DNA from: an uncultured Gemmatimonadales bacterium
GTDB lineage: Bacteria; Gemmatimonadota; Gemmatimonadetes; Longimicrobiales; Gaopeijiaceae
NCBI GenBank assembly: GCA_963809895.1
Contig: CAWELD010000010.1
Coordinates: forward strand, 1,088,001-1,152,000
Length of the DNA: 64,000 bases
Reading direction: 5' to 3'
The notes under the pieces: model-generated
Database searches by the model: none
Seen by the model: the letters and a program-made list of their open reading frames with translations, nothing else
What the model was told of the DNA's origin: nothing
Program-made: the position numbers and the translations under genes
In this document: positions 1-10,871 of the stretch, one piece after another
Layout of the letters: each line of letters begins with the position of its first letter
How positions within the stretch are numbered: the first letter of the stretch is position 1

Positions 1-47
1 ATCAGCGTCACGACGGCCCAGGCCGTGACGCTCTTTGACGCCTTCAC
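1..47 (-). CDS. 5' end of a gene running off the window (MKASKSVTAWAVVTL..., signal-peptide-like)
   Basis: GTG at 47 overlaps the TGA of the upstream small gene (GTGA coupling); only 15 codons are visible. Confidence 0.45.
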   Translation of the reverse strand, partial: MKASKSVTAWAVVTL

Positions 48-220
48 GCGGCGTCACCCACCTCGTCGGCGTTCTTCACCAGGAGCACGACGACGGTGAA
101 GACGTTGAGGATCATGCCCGCGAAGAACCACAGCCAGGCGTTGCGACGGGTGTTCTGTGCCCACAGGGCGCAGAAGGCTCCGAAGAGAAAGAGAACGAGT
201 CCCGCGCCGGATTCTTCCAC
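44..220 (-). CDS. small two-TM membrane protein, 58 aa (MEESGAGLVLFLFGAFCALWAQNTRRNAWLWFFAGMILNVFTVVVLLVKNADEVGDAA)
   Basis: Read by hand (below the ORF-track cutoff); GGAGG RBS upstream of GTG at 220; two hydrophobic segments. Confidence 0.75.
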   Translation of the reverse strand: MEESGAGLVLFLFGAFCALWAQNTRRNAWLWFFAGMILNVFTVVVLLVKNADEVGDAA

Positions 221-278
221 GATTCCCTCCTGGTGGGAGTGTTGTTCGCTCGTGCCGCCGCCGAGTCCGGGAGGGGGC

Positions 279-596
279 TCAGCGCAGCCGGACCACGAAG
301 GCGCCGCCGCCGGAATCCAGGGCGAAGTCGTCGACGGTGCGCCCCAGCTCTTCCTCCAGCAGCGTCTCTACCATGTCGCGGAGCACCGGACCCTCCGAGG
401 AGCGGTTGCCCCGGCCGGTGATCACCCGGAGCACGGTGCCCGACCCGCGTTGGGACCAGGAGCGCAGGAAGCCCTGCACCCTGATCTCCGCGGCCGAGGC
501 CCGCAGCCCGTGCAGGTCCAGCTCCGCCTCCGGCACCGAACCCCTGAGCGTGCGCACCCGGCTCTCGGACGGGTGGCCCACCCGGCGCTTACCCAT
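279..596 (-). CDS. stand-alone Smr/MutS2 C-terminal domain protein
   Basis: LDLHG, VITGRG and GGGAFVV Smr motifs. Confidence 0.88.
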   Translation of the reverse strand: MGKRRVGHPSESRVRTLRGSVPEAELDLHGLRASAAEIRVQGFLRSWSQRGSGTVLRVITGRGNRSSEGPVLRDMVETLLEEELGRTVDDFALDSGGGAFVVRLR

Positions 597-1131
597 CGGT
601 GAGCACGTCGTAGCCGAGCAGCACGATGCCCCGCGGGTAGCGCGTCAGGTCGGCGAGCGCCAGCCGCGTGTCGCCCTCCCCGGGAGGGAGGAGCGGCAGC
701 CCGCTACCGAGGAGCACCGGGGTGACCGCCACCTCGATCCGGTCCACGAGGTGCCGATCCAGGCAACTGCGGAAGAGCTGCCCTCCGCCCATGAGCCAGA
801 TGTCCTTGCCGGGGCGGTCGCGCAAGCCCGCGAGGACCTGCGCCGGATCCTCGCGCGCGATCCGCACCTCGGGGTGGTCCGAAGGGTCGAGGGTCCGTGA
901 GAACACGAGGTGCTCCATGGCGGCCATGGGACCTTCGATGTCCTGCGACGCCAGGACCTCGTAGGTGTGGCGACCCATGAGCATGGTGTCGAAGCGACCC
1001 AGGAAGGCACCCCAATCGATGTCCGGCTCCTCCGGAATCCAATCGTAGCTACCGTCGTCGCGCGCGATGTAGCCGTCGAGGCTCGCGGCCACGGAGTAGA
1101 TCAGGCGTCGTTGGACATCGGTGGCGGCCAC
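589..1131 (-). CDS. dihydrofolate reductase / RibD C-terminal family protein
   Basis: ASLDGYIA, LMGRHTY, DIWLMGGG and PVLLGSG motifs. Confidence 0.9.
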   Translation of the reverse strand: MAATDVQRRLIYSVAASLDGYIARDDGSYDWIPEEPDIDWGAFLGRFDTMLMGRHTYEVLASQDIEGPMAAMEHLVFSRTLDPSDHPEVRIAREDPAQVLAGLRDRPGKDIWLMGGGQLFRSCLDRHLVDRIEVAVTPVLLGSGLPLLPPGEGDTRLALADLTRYPRGIVLLGYDVLTDG

Positions 1132-1134
1132 GGC

Positions 1135-1386
1135 TCAGTCCCGGGACCAGGGGAGGTGCACGACATCGGCGACCACCAGCACGCTGCGGCCGTGGTAGTC
1201 CCGGACGATGTGCTCGCCGTCGATGGTCACTACCTCGACCTGCCCGGCCGTCTCTTCGTCGCGGAGCTTGTACCACACGCCGACCTGGCCGGCGCCGCCA
1301 CCGTAGAGCGTCCACGCATCGTCGAACTCGATGCGCTTGAAGCGCACCACCAGACTTCGCTCGGTCACCGTGTCCTCCTGCGCCAC
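1135..1386 (-). CDS. hypothetical protein, about 83 aa
   Basis: C-terminal part of ORF 1135..1581 has protein-like composition; GTG start at 1386 inferred; co-oriented with the DHFR-like gene. Confidence 0.55.
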   Translation of the reverse strand: MAQEDTVTERSLVVRFKRIEFDDAWTLYGGGAGQVGVWYKLRDEETAGQVEVVTIDGEHIVRDYHGRSVLVVADVVHLPWSRD

Positions 1387-1590
1387 CGCGTCGCGATCCG
1401 CCCTGGAGAGCTCCCCGGGGTCACGCTCCGGACCTCGGACGGTGCACCCGGAGGAGAGGGCGCGCACAGTAGGCCCGCTCCCTCGGTGCTCGCAAGTACG
1501 GCCAGCCGGGCGCTTCGGCGGTGGCCCCGGTATGCAGAGCGGCCCCATAGCCCTACATTTCCCCTCCTCCCCCTCGAACAAGGATGCTTT

Positions 1591-2280
1591 ATGCGATTTC
1601 GTCTTGCCGCCGCCGCGACGGTGGCGATCCTGACGACGCTGGCAGGGTGCCAGCCGTCGGGTACGGGCAGCGCTTCACTGGACACGGACCAGCAGAAGTC
1701 CAGCTACGCGGTGGGCCTCAACGTGGGCCGCAACCTGCAGGCCGCCGAGGGCTTGCTGGACATGGCCGCCTTCAGCCGGGGCGTCGAGGACGCCATGACG
1801 GGCGCCGATCCGGCCATGGAGCCGGCGGATCTGCAGGCCGCCCTCGAGGGCCTGAACACGCGCATCAACGACAAACGTCAGGCCGCCGGCGAGGAGAACA
1901 AGAGCGCTGGAGACGCCTACCTGGCCCAGAACGCCGAGAAGGAGGGGGTCACCACCACGGACTCCGGCCTCCAGTACGAGGTGTTGCAGGAAGGCGAGGG
2001 GGAGCATCCCGGTCCCGACGATCAGGTGACCGTGAACTATCGCGGCACCCTCATCGACGGCACCGAGTTCGACAGCTCCTACGAGCGGGGTGAGCCGGCC
2101 CAGTTCCAGGTGGGCGGCGTGATCCAGGGCTTCGCCGAGGGGCTGCAGCTCATGCAGCCCGGGGCCAAGTACCGCTTCGTCATCCCCTCGGACCTGGCCT
2201 ACGGTCCCGGGGGCTCCGGCGGGGCCATCGGCCCGAATCAGACGCTGATCTTCGAGGTGGAGCTCATCTCCATCGACTGA
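1591..2280 (+). CDS. fkpA: FKBP-type peptidyl-prolyl cis-trans isomerase (FkpA/Mip-like lipoprotein)
   Basis: Lipobox LAGC, N-terminal dimerisation helix, SGLQY, VNYRGTLIDGTEFDSS, LIFEVELI. Confidence 0.92.
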   Translation: MRFRLAAAATVAILTTLAGCQPSGTGSASLDTDQQKSSYAVGLNVGRNLQAAEGLLDMAAFSRGVEDAMTGADPAMEPADLQAALEGLNTRINDKRQAAGEENKSAGDAYLAQNAEKEGVTTTDSGLQYEVLQEGEGEHPGPDDQVTVNYRGTLIDGTEFDSSYERGEPAQFQVGGVIQGFAEGLQLMQPGAKYRFVIPSDLAYGPGGSGGAIGPNQTLIFEVELISID

Positions 2281-2317
2281 CCGGAGGCGCCGGAGCGGCC
2301 GTTCCGGAGCAAAGCGT

Positions 2318-2350
2318 GAAGGGGACGGTCCGCCGAGGGCCGCCCCCTTC
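2318..2350 (+). terminator. GC-rich hairpin after fkpA
   Basis: GAAGGGGACGGTCC...GGGCCGCCCCCTTC inverted repeat followed by a pyrimidine tract. Confidence 0.55.
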
Positions 2351-2506
2351 GTCTTCTCAGGCCGCGGCGCCGGTGAGGGCACCGCGCCTCACGCCGACCA
2401 TCATCGGACACGCCGCCGGCCGAACGCCAGGTCTTCGGGTGGCGCCCCCGAAGTCGCCGGGGCAGATTCTCCCTACACCACGCATCACCGACGAACAGGA
2501 GTCCCC

Positions 2507-5500
2507 ATGCGTCGCCTCGCCGCCACTCTCGGCCTGGTCGCTCTCGCCCTCGCACCCACCCACCCGCTGCCGGCCCAGGAAGCCGACGGCCCCCTGGCGC
2601 GGGCCGTCGAGGGTCTCGACTTCCGTGAGATCGGACCGGCCATCACCGGGGGTCGGGTTGCGGATATCGCCGTTCCTACGGGGGATTCCCGCACCTGGTA
2701 CGTGGGTCTGGCCACCGGCGGAGTGTGGAAGACCACGAACCACGGCATGAGCTGGACCCCGCTCTTCGACGATCAGCGGGTGTCGTCCATCGGCGACGTG
2801 ACGGTGGCGCCGTCCAATCCGAACCTCGTGTGGGTGGGCACGGGCGAGCCCCAGAACCGGCAGTCTTCGCCCTACGGGGGCGGCGTCTTCAAGTCGCTGG
2901 ACGCCGGTAAGACCTGGCAGGACATGGGGCTCCACGAGACGCGACACGTGGGGCGCATCGTCATCCATCCCACCAATCCCGACGTCGTCTACGTGGCGGC
3001 GGTGGGCCACCTCTTCGGGCCCAACGAGGAGCGAGGCGTCTTCCGCACCACCGACGGTGGCGCAACCTGGGACAAGGTCCTCTACATCGACGAGAACACC
3101 GGCGCCATCGACCTCGCCATGGATCCGGACGATCCCATGACGCTGTTCGCGGCCATGTACCAGCGTCGGCGTACGGCCTTCGGCTTCAGCGCGTCGGGCT
3201 CGGGTTCGGGGATCTACCGCACCTACGACGGCGGCGACACGTGGACCGAGCTCACGGAGGGCCTGCCGGAGGGGGACAAGGGACGCATCGGGCTCGCCAT
3301 CTATCGCCGTGACGGCAACCTGGTCTACGCTTCGGTCGAAGGCGAAGGCCGCGAGGCGCTGGGCCTCTACCGGTCCACCGACCGGGGCGATACCTGGGAG
3401 AAGGTCAGCGACAACAATCCCCGCCCCATGTACTTCTCGCAGGTCCGCATCGACCCCAACAATCCGGACCGCATCTACATGGGCGGCGTCTCGTTCCAGG
3501 TCTCCGACGACGGTGGTCACACGTGGTGGGACCGGGACGGCGCCGAGAACATCCACGTGGATCACCACGCCATCTGGATCGATCCCGAGGACTCGAACCA
3601 CCTGATCATCGGCAACGACGGAGGCATCGCCAGCTCGTGGGACGGTGCCCGGACCTGGCGCCACCACAACAATCTGGCCATCGGCCAGTTCTACGCCATC
3701 GGCGTCGACATGCGCGATCCCTACTACGTATGCGGCGGGTTGCAGGACAACAGCTCGTGGTGCGGGCCGAGCCGTACGCTGGACGGCTACGGCATCGGCA
3801 ACGACGACTGGTACGACGTCTCGGGGGGCGACGGGTTCTACAACCAGATCGATCCCAGCGACTGGCGCGTGGTCTACTCCGAGTCCCAGGGCGGCAACGT
3901 GAGTCGCGTGAACGTGGCTACCGGCGAGGCGGTGCGGATCCGTCCGGTCTACCGCGACGAGGACGAGCCCGAGGGAGCCGGAGGAGGAAGAGGCCGAAGA
4001 GGGGCGAGGAGGCGGAGGAGGACGGCAGCTACGACTTCAACTGGAGCACGCCCATCGCCGTCTCGCAGCACGATCCCTCCACGGTGTATCTGGGCGCCAA
4101 CGTGCTGCTGCGCTCCCGGGACCGTGGCCAGACCTGGGAGGAGGCGAGTCCCGATCTCACGCGTGGGATCGACCGCGACACGCTGGAGATCTTCGGGCGG
4201 CCGCTGTCCGAGGACCACATCTCCAAGAACGACGGCCTCAGCGCCTACGGCACCATCACCACCATCGACGAATCTCCTCTGGACGCCAACGTGGTCTGGG
4301 TCGGTACCGATGACGGCAACGTGCAGGTGACCCAGGACGGGGGCGCCACCTGGACCAACGTGGTGGACAACGTCGAGGGCCTTCCTGGACGCCGCTACGT
4401 GAGCCGGGTCGAGGCCTCGGCGCAGGTGGCGGGCCGGGCGTACGCTACCTTCGACGGACACTTCGACGACGACTACCGGCCCTACGTCTATGTCACCGAG
4501 GATTTCGGCCAGAGCTGGCGATCCATCGCCGCCGGTCTGCCGGACCAGTCGGTGAACGTGATCCGCGAGCACCCCCGCCAGCCGAACCTGCTCTTCGTGG
4601 GCGACGAGGTGGGGGTCTTCGTCAGCGTCGATCGCGGTGAGTCGTGGCTGCGCATGGACGGCGGGCTACCCACGGTACCGGTGGACGACATCGTCATCCA
4701 TCCCCGGGACAACGACCTGGTGCTGGGCACCCACGGCCGCTCCATCTGGATCGCCGACGACATCACGCCGCTGGAGACGCTGTCGCGCGAGCTGGCCGGA
4801 AGGGCCGCACATCTCTTCCCGATCCGGCGCGCCACGCTGTACGTGAGCAACGCGGGGTGGCCCTTCTGGGGCGACAAGTACTTCGGCACGAACCCCCCCG
4901 AGGGTGCGCTCATCCGCTACAACCTGGCCGACGAGCTCGACCTCGAGTCGGTGGAGATGGTCGTACTGGATGCGGCGGGTGATACGATCCGCCATCTGGA
5001 CGGTCCGGCCGCCGCCGGCCTGCACACGGTGGTGTGGGACATGCGCTACGACGCGCCCTACGAGGTCGACCGGGAAGGGGGCGGCGGTGGCGGCGGCGGG
5101 GGCTTCTTCGGAGCGCCTCAGGGTCCCACCGTCCTCCCGGGCACCTACAGCGTCCGTCTGGAGACGGCGGGCCTGGTCATGGATCAGTCCGTGGAGGTGA
5201 GGGTGGATCCCCGTGTGGAGACCACCATGGCTGCGCTCCAGGCCCGTCAGCGCGCCCTCATGGACGGCTACGCGCTGGCCAAGCCCGTCTACGAGGCGCA
5301 GCAGCGCGTCCGCACGCTCACGGATCAGTTGAACGAGGCGCGTGACCTGCTCCGCGATCATCCGGCGGCCACGGACGAGCTGCGAGCACGGGTCGACTCG
5401 CTGCGCTCCGACGTGCGCGAGGTGAGCCAGGACCTGGGCGAGGTGAGCCGGGCGTCACGGGCGGGATTCGCCGTGGAAGGGTCGTTCGGCGCGCCCACCT

Positions 5501-5673
5501 CGGATCAGCGCTGGCAGATCGACGAGGCGTGGAGCGACCTGCCCGAGGTCCTGGACGACCTCAACGGGCTCCTCACCACCGAGGTGCCCGCGCTCTACAG
5601 GGAATTGGATCGGCTGGGGATCCGCCCGGAGCCGGGAGAGCCGGTGGCCATACCGTCGCGGCCTGGAGGCTGA
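2507..5673 (+). CDS. secreted VPS10/BNR-repeat (sialidase-like beta-propeller) glycosyl-hydrolase-like protein, about 1050 aa; frameshifted near 3978-4005
   Basis: Many SxDxGxTW Asp-box repeats in ORFs 2507..4330 and 3523..5673; removing two Gs in the acidic linker gives ...EGAEEEEAEEGEEAEEDGSYDFNW and one continuous frame. Confidence 0.85.
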
Positions 5674-5732
5674 CCCGGTGGCGTCGCCCGGTAGCCGGTG
5701 ACGGAGAGACTCCCTGCGGCCGAGGTGGCACG

Positions 5733-6932
5733 ATGAGACCCCCGAAGTGGCTTGGCAGTCGGCGGCGCGCTCCGGCCCTGGTCCTGGCCCTGGCGGTGCC
5801 GGCCCTGGCGGGCGCCTGCGGCGATCCGGGACCCGCGGGGGGGCGGGCCGCCGCGCCGGCGGCCCCCAGCCGCCCGGCGATTCCCGACAGCCAGTGGGTC
5901 CGTCTCGTCGGCGAGCTCTCCGAGCCCGGCGGCTACTTCGACACCGACAACCTCATCAGCAACGAGACGGGCTACCTCGACGTCCTGGGGGCCATGCGGC
6001 GGCTGGGCGTGCGCGGCGGCGCGTACATCGGCGTGGGGCCCGATCAGAACTTCTCCTACATGGCCCAGGTGCGCCCGGAGCTGGCCTTCATCATCGACAT
6101 CCGCCGGGACAATCTGCTGCAGCACCTGCTGTTCCGGGCCTTGTTCGAGCTCGCCGACACGCGCGTCGAGTACCTGTCACTGCTGCATGGCCGGCGGCCC
6201 CCGCCCGATCCGTCCAGGTGGACGACGGCCTCGGTGGACAGCGTCCTCGCCTGGGTACGCTCCGCCCCCGGCGGCGCCGGCACGCCAGAAGGAATGGCGG
6301 CGGCACGGGCGGTGGACTCCCTCGTCGCGCGCTCGCCCCTTTCGCTGAGCGCCGCCGACCGCGCCACCATCCGGCGCTTCCACGGCGAGTTCATCCGCTA
6401 CGGCCCGGCGCTCCGCTTCACCAGCTTCGGACGGGCTCCGAGGCCGTACTATCCGACCTACGGACAGCTCCTGGCGGCCACGGACCTCGAGGGCCGCACC
6501 GGCAGCTACCTGGCGAACGAGGACGACTGGCGGTTCGTGAAGGAGCTTCAGACCCGCAATCGCGTCATCCCGGTCGTGGGCGACCTGGCGGGCGACCACG
6601 CGCTGCGCGCCATCGGCGAGGAGGTTCGTCGCCGCGACCTGGCCGTGTCGGTGCTGTACACGTCGAACGTGGAGTTCTACCTGTGGAGCGACGGTACCTT
6701 TCCGCGCTTCGCGGCCAACGTGGCGTCACTTCCGGCGGCAAACGAAGCCGTGGTGATCCGGAGCTATTTTCCGAACTTCGGGCGCCGCCACCCGTACGCC
6801 GTGTCCGGCTCCTATTCGACGCAGACCCTGCAGACGCTGGAGAGCTTCCGGGCCGCCGTCGAGGACGGGGGCTACGGCAGCTACTGGGATCTGGTGACCC
6901 GCGATGCCCTGGATCCCCGCCCCGGTGGCTGA
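5733..6932 (+). CDS. conserved hypothetical lipoprotein with a SAM-dependent-transferase-like motif pattern
   Basis: Signal peptide ending AGAC; YIGVGPDQNFSY...IIDIRR...VVGDLAG...YTSNVEFY. Confidence 0.75.
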   Translation: MRPPKWLGSRRRAPALVLALAVPALAGACGDPGPAGGRAAAPAAPSRPAIPDSQWVRLVGELSEPGGYFDTDNLISNETGYLDVLGAMRRLGVRGGAYIGVGPDQNFSYMAQVRPELAFIIDIRRDNLLQHLLFRALFELADTRVEYLSLLHGRRPPPDPSRWTTASVDSVLAWVRSAPGGAGTPEGMAAARAVDSLVARSPLSLSAADRATIRRFHGEFIRYGPALRFTSFGRAPRPYYPTYGQLLAATDLEGRTGSYLANEDDWRFVKELQTRNRVIPVVGDLAGDHALRAIGEEVRRRDLAVSVLYTSNVEFYLWSDGTFPRFAANVASLPAANEAVVIRSYFPNFGRRHPYAVSGSYSTQTLQTLESFRAAVEDGGYGSYWDLVTRDALDPRPGG

Positions 6933-7030
6933 CGCGGTTCGGCACCACCGTCGCGCATCGCGGAAACCTCGACGCCCGGCCGGACCGTAGTACCTGGTAC
7001 CAACCCCACGCACTCCATCTGGAGATCCCC

Positions 7031-7345
7031 ATGAGCTACGATCCACCTCCCAACGACGACAGCCACGCCACGGGCGGGAGCACCGAGGCGGAGTCCGAAG
7101 AGCCGCGCCGCGAGACCCACCGGGTGTCCGGTGATCGCCTGCTGGAGACCGTGAAGCGCATCGTGCGTGAGGGCAATGCCCGCCGCATCGTCATCAAGAA
7201 CGACGAGGGCCGCACGCTGCTCGAGTTCCCCATGACGGCAGGCGTGGTGGGCGCCGCGCTCCTGCCTGTGTGGGCGGCGGTGGGCGCCGTGGCCGCTCTG
7301 GTGACCAACTGCTCCATCGAGGTGGAGCGGCACCAGGACGATTGA
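7031..7345 (+). CDS. DUF4342 domain protein
   Basis: VKRIVREGNARRIVIK...LLEFPMTAGVVG...LVTNCSIEVER pattern; GGAG RBS. Confidence 0.8.
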   Translation: MSYDPPPNDDSHATGGSTEAESEEPRRETHRVSGDRLLETVKRIVREGNARRIVIKNDEGRTLLEFPMTAGVVGAALLPVWAAVGAVAALVTNCSIEVERHQDD

Positions 7346-7469
7346 GCGAGTGCCGCGAGGGGTTTCCTGACTCGCGTCTCGCGCGCACTTTGGGCTCGAC
7401 GGGAGGGGCGGGGCGCAGCCATCCCAACCGCCGGGCCCTGGAGCCCGGTCTCATGCCACGGAGGCTCGG

Positions 7470-7928
7470 ATGCTCAAGGAGTTCAAGAAGTTCGCCATGC
7501 GCGGCAACGTCGTCGACATGGCGGTCGGTATCATCATCGGCGGCGCCTTCGGGACCATCGTCAAGAGCCTCGTCGACGACGTACTCATGCCGCCCATCGG
7601 CATGCTGCTCGGCGGCGTGGATTTCACCGACCTGTTCGCCGTGCTCCGGCAGGGCGCCGAGCAGCCCGGACCCTACGCGACGCTGGCCGATGCGCAGGCG
7701 GCGGGAGCGGTCACCATCAACTACGGGCTCTTCGTCAACAACGTCGTGGCGTTCCTCATCGTGGCCTGGGCGGTGTTCATGGTCGTGAAGGGCATGAACG
7801 CCATGCAGCGGAAGGAGGAAGAGGCTCCGGCGGCGCCCACGACCAAGGCCTGCCCCTTCTGCGCCACGGACATTCCCATGGGCGCCACCCGCTGCCCCCA
7901 CTGCACCTCGGAGCTGGCGACCGCCTGA
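7470..7928 (+). CDS. mscL: large-conductance mechanosensitive channel with C-terminal Zn ribbon
   Basis: [29 protein letters not shown]-terminal CPFC...CPHC. Confidence 0.96.
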   Translation: MLKEFKKFAMRGNVVDMAVGIIIGGAFGTIVKSLVDDVLMPPIGMLLGGVDFTDLFAVLRQGAEQPGPYATLADAQAAGAVTINYGLFVNNVVAFLIVAWAVFMVVKGMNAMQRKEEEAPAAPTTKACPFCATDIPMGATRCPHCTSELATA

Positions 7929-7943
7929 GGAGGCGCCGACGCC

Positions 7944-8855
7944 GTGCCCGAGCTGCCCGAGGTCACGGCGTACGTCGAGGCGTTCCGCCGGCGCATCGTC
8001 GGTCGGACGCTGGAGCGGGTGCGGCTCCGTTCTCCTTCGCTCCTGCGCACCTGGGACCCGCCCCTCTCGGAGGTGGCGGGTCTCCGCGTGCAGGGTGTGG
8101 AACGTCTGGCCAAACGCGTGGTCTGGGCCCTGGAGTCGGACCTCTTCCTGGTCTTCCACCTCATGGTCACGGGCCGATTCCACCGGAAGGCCGCGGGAGC
8201 GCGGCTGCCCCGCAAGAACGTGCACGCGGCCTTCGACTTTCCCGCCGAGTCCTACTTCCTCACCGAGATGGCCCTGAAGAAGAAGGCTTCGCTGCACCTC
8301 ATGCGGGGCCGCGAAGCGCTGGAGCGCATGGACCCCGGGGGGCTCGAGCCGCTGGGCGCCACGCCCGAGGCGTGGGCCCGCGCCCTGACCCGGGAGAACC
8401 GCACCCTCAAGCGGGCGCTCACCGATCCGCGCATCCTCAGCGGCATCGGCAACGCGCACTCCGACGAGATCCTCCTGCGGGCCCGCCTGTCGCCGGTTCA
8501 GCGCACCGGCAATCTGGACGCCGAGGAGCTGGAGCGACTTCGCCAGGCGACGGTGAGCGAGCTGGAGCGCTTCACGCGGCTCCTCCGCGAGGAGACGGGC
8601 GAGGGGTTTCCCGAGAAGATCACGGCCTTCCACCCGGCCATGGAGGTCCACGGGCGCTTCGGCCATCCGTGTCCCGTGTGCGGCGACCCCATCCAGCGCA
8701 TCGTGTACGCCGATCGTGAGACCAACTACTGCGCCACCTGCCAGACCGGGGGCAAGCTGCTGGCGGACCGGGCTCTGAGCCGACTGCTCCGCGAAGACTG
8801 GCCGCGCACGGTGGAGGAACTGGAGGAGCACCGGGAGACGCGCCGCCACGACTGA
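7944..8855 (+). CDS. Fpg/Nei family DNA glycosylase
   Basis: N-terminal PELPEV, HLM, H2TH GIGNAHSDEIL, C-terminal Zn finger CPVC...CATCQ. Confidence 0.92.
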   Translation: MPELPEVTAYVEAFRRRIVGRTLERVRLRSPSLLRTWDPPLSEVAGLRVQGVERLAKRVVWALESDLFLVFHLMVTGRFHRKAAGARLPRKNVHAAFDFPAESYFLTEMALKKKASLHLMRGREALERMDPGGLEPLGATPEAWARALTRENRTLKRALTDPRILSGIGNAHSDEILLRARLSPVQRTGNLDAEELERLRQATVSELERFTRLLREETGEGFPEKITAFHPAMEVHGRFGHPCPVCGDPIQRIVYADRETNYCATCQTGGKLLADRALSRLLREDWPRTVEELEEHRETRRHD

Positions 8856-8880
8856 TCCGGGGTGGCGCACCCCGAAACTC

Positions 8881-8926
8881 TTGCGCTCAGGTCATCGTAA
8901 TGTGTATCGTACGATATATCACGATA
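8881..8926 (+). promoter_or_regulatory. putative sigma70 promoter with overlapping PadR operator
   Basis: TTGCGC (8881) - 18 bp - TATCGT (8905); perfect palindrome TATCGTACGATA at 8905-8916 plus GATATATC, in an AT-rich island. Confidence 0.6.
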
Positions 8927-8981
8927 CTGATTCTACGATCTGCCTGAGGAGTTGCCCGCGCAGCGGTAGCGGTGGGCCACC

Positions 8982-9545
8982 ATGGCGAGACGGGGAGGGA
9001 TCATGAACTGGCAATGGGGATTTCCGTTCGACATGCCCGGATTCGGACCGCAGGGACCCTGGACGCGCGGGCGGGGGCCGAAGCGGGGTTTCTTCCGTTC
9101 CGGCGAGGTGCGGCTGGCGCTCCTGTCGCTGCTGGCCGAGGCGCCGGGTCACGGCTACGAGCTGATGAAACGGCTCGAGGAGCGGTCGGGAGGGCTCTAC
9201 CAGGCCAGCGCCGGCACCGTGTATCCGGTGCTTCAGCAGCTGGAGGACGAGGGTCTGGCGCGCTCCCGCGAGGAAGACGGTAAGAAGGTCTACGAGATCA
9301 CCGAGGCCGGACGCGCCGAGGTGGAGGCCGCTTCGGAGCGGGTGGACAGGATCTGGAAGCGTGCCGGCCAGTGGCGCGAATGGAGCTGCCGCATGGGCCC
9401 CGATACGGTGGAGGTGGCCATGGTGTTCGGGCGTCTCGCCAAGGCGGCTTTTTCCGTGGCTTCCAGCGGTGGCCAGGACACGGGGGATCGGGTGGTCGAG
9501 ATCCTCAACCGGGCTCGGCGCGAGATCGAGGAGCTGGGCGGTTGA
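8982..9545 (+). CDS. PadR family transcriptional regulator
   Basis: HGYELMKRLEE...SAGTVYPVLQQLEDEGL...KKVYEITEAG; alternative start at ATG 9003. Confidence 0.92.
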   Translation: MARRGGIMNWQWGFPFDMPGFGPQGPWTRGRGPKRGFFRSGEVRLALLSLLAEAPGHGYELMKRLEERSGGLYQASAGTVYPVLQQLEDEGLARSREEDGKKVYEITEAGRAEVEAASERVDRIWKRAGQWREWSCRMGPDTVEVAMVFGRLAKAAFSVASSGGQDTGDRVVEILNRARREIEELGG

Positions 9546-9729
9546 GGGCGGGCGCGCCCTTCGTGCGGGGCCTGGTGTCGGGACGTGAAGCCGCCGACGA
9601 CGAAGACGTGGCCCCGGAAGGGGTGGCGGACACCCCCTTTGCGCCGGAGTGGCGGAAGCGTCATCGTGGCCCATTCCGGGGGTCGCGCGAGGCCTCCGAG
9701 GAACACCTCCACCCGTTTCGGAGAACGTC

Positions 9730-10275
9730 GTGACCGAGACCCCCGACATGGAGACGCTGCGCTACCCGGTGGGCCGATTCGAGCCGGGCCCGCACCTGGA
9801 CCCCCGTGCGCGCGAGCGGGCGATGGAGAACATCGCCGCCACTCCCGCCAATCTGCGGCGGGCCGTCGCCGGCCTGACGCCGGAGCAGTTGAACACGCCG
9901 TACCGTCCCGACGGTTGGACGATCCGCCAGGTCGTGCATCACGTGCCCGACAGCCACCTCAACGGGTACATGCGCTTCAAGCTGGGGCTCACGGAAGAGG
10001 TGCCGACCATCCGGACCTACGAGGAGGCCGCCTGGGCCGAGCTACCCGACAGCTTCATGGAGGACATCGAGGTGTCGCTGGCGCTGCTGGAGTCGCTGCA
10101 CGAGCGCTGGGTCGTGCTCCTGGAGGCCCTCACTCCGGAGGACTGGCACCGGACGGTCTTCCACCCGGAGATGAACGCCGAGATCAGCCTCGACGCCCTG
10201 CTGCAACTCTACGACTGGCATGGCCGCCATCACGTCGCGCACATCACCGGCCTACGCGACAGGAAGGGTTGGTGA
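9730..10275 (+). CDS. YfiT/BstA (DinB superfamily) bacillithiol-transferase-like metalloprotein
   Basis: LRYPVG, YRPDGWTIRQVVHHVPDSH, YDWHGRHHVAHI. Confidence 0.88.
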   Translation: MTETPDMETLRYPVGRFEPGPHLDPRARERAMENIAATPANLRRAVAGLTPEQLNTPYRPDGWTIRQVVHHVPDSHLNGYMRFKLGLTEEVPTIRTYEEAAWAELPDSFMEDIEVSLALLESLHERWVVLLEALTPEDWHRTVFHPEMNAEISLDALLQLYDWHGRHHVAHITGLRDRKGW

Positions 10276-10871
10276 CTGTGGATCACCCGCGGGTCACGGT
10301 GGTGTCGGTGAACGTGGGGCGTGCCTCGGAGCTCACCTGGCGCGGCCGGACGGTGCGCACTGGGATCGGGAAGGAGCCCCAGAGCGTAGCCGTGCGTGTC
10401 GAGGCGCTGGGCCTGGAGGGCGACGTCCAGGTGGATCGCCGGGTCCACGGCGGGACCATGAAGGCCGTCTATGCCTACCCCGGCGAGCACTACGAACGCT
10501 GGGCCGCGGAACTGGGCGTATCGCCGGACGCGCTCCCACCCGGCGCCTTCGGAGAGAACCTGACGCTGGAAGGGATCCTGGAAGACGACATCCGCCCCGG
10601 CGACGAACTGGTGTGTGAGGGGCGCGACGGCCTGCGCCTGGCGGTGACCGAGCCCCGCTACCCGTGCTCCACGCTGTCCGCCCGCTTCCAACGGGCCGAC
10701 CTGCCGCGGCTGTTCGTGCGCGCGGCGCGGCCGGGGTTCTACCTGCGGGTCGTGACACCTGGACGGATCGGAGCGGGGGACACCTTGGAGCTGGTGCGCT
10801 CGGCCGCGGGCGGTGAGAGCATCCGGGACATCTTCCGGCGCGTGGCCCGGGTGCCGGACGACACCGAATGA
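10272..10871 (+). CDS. MOSC domain protein (YiiM-like)
   Basis: GLEGDVQ..HGG..KAVYAY, GAFGENLT, PRYPC, GFYLRV; GTGA overlap with the upstream gene. Confidence 0.9.
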   Translation: MTVDHPRVTVVSVNVGRASELTWRGRTVRTGIGKEPQSVAVRVEALGLEGDVQVDRRVHGGTMKAVYAYPGEHYERWAAELGVSPDALPPGAFGENLTLEGILEDDIRPGDELVCEGRDGLRLAVTEPRYPCSTLSARFQRADLPRLFVRAARPGFYLRVVTPGRIGAGDTLELVRSAAGGESIRDIFRRVARVPDDTE

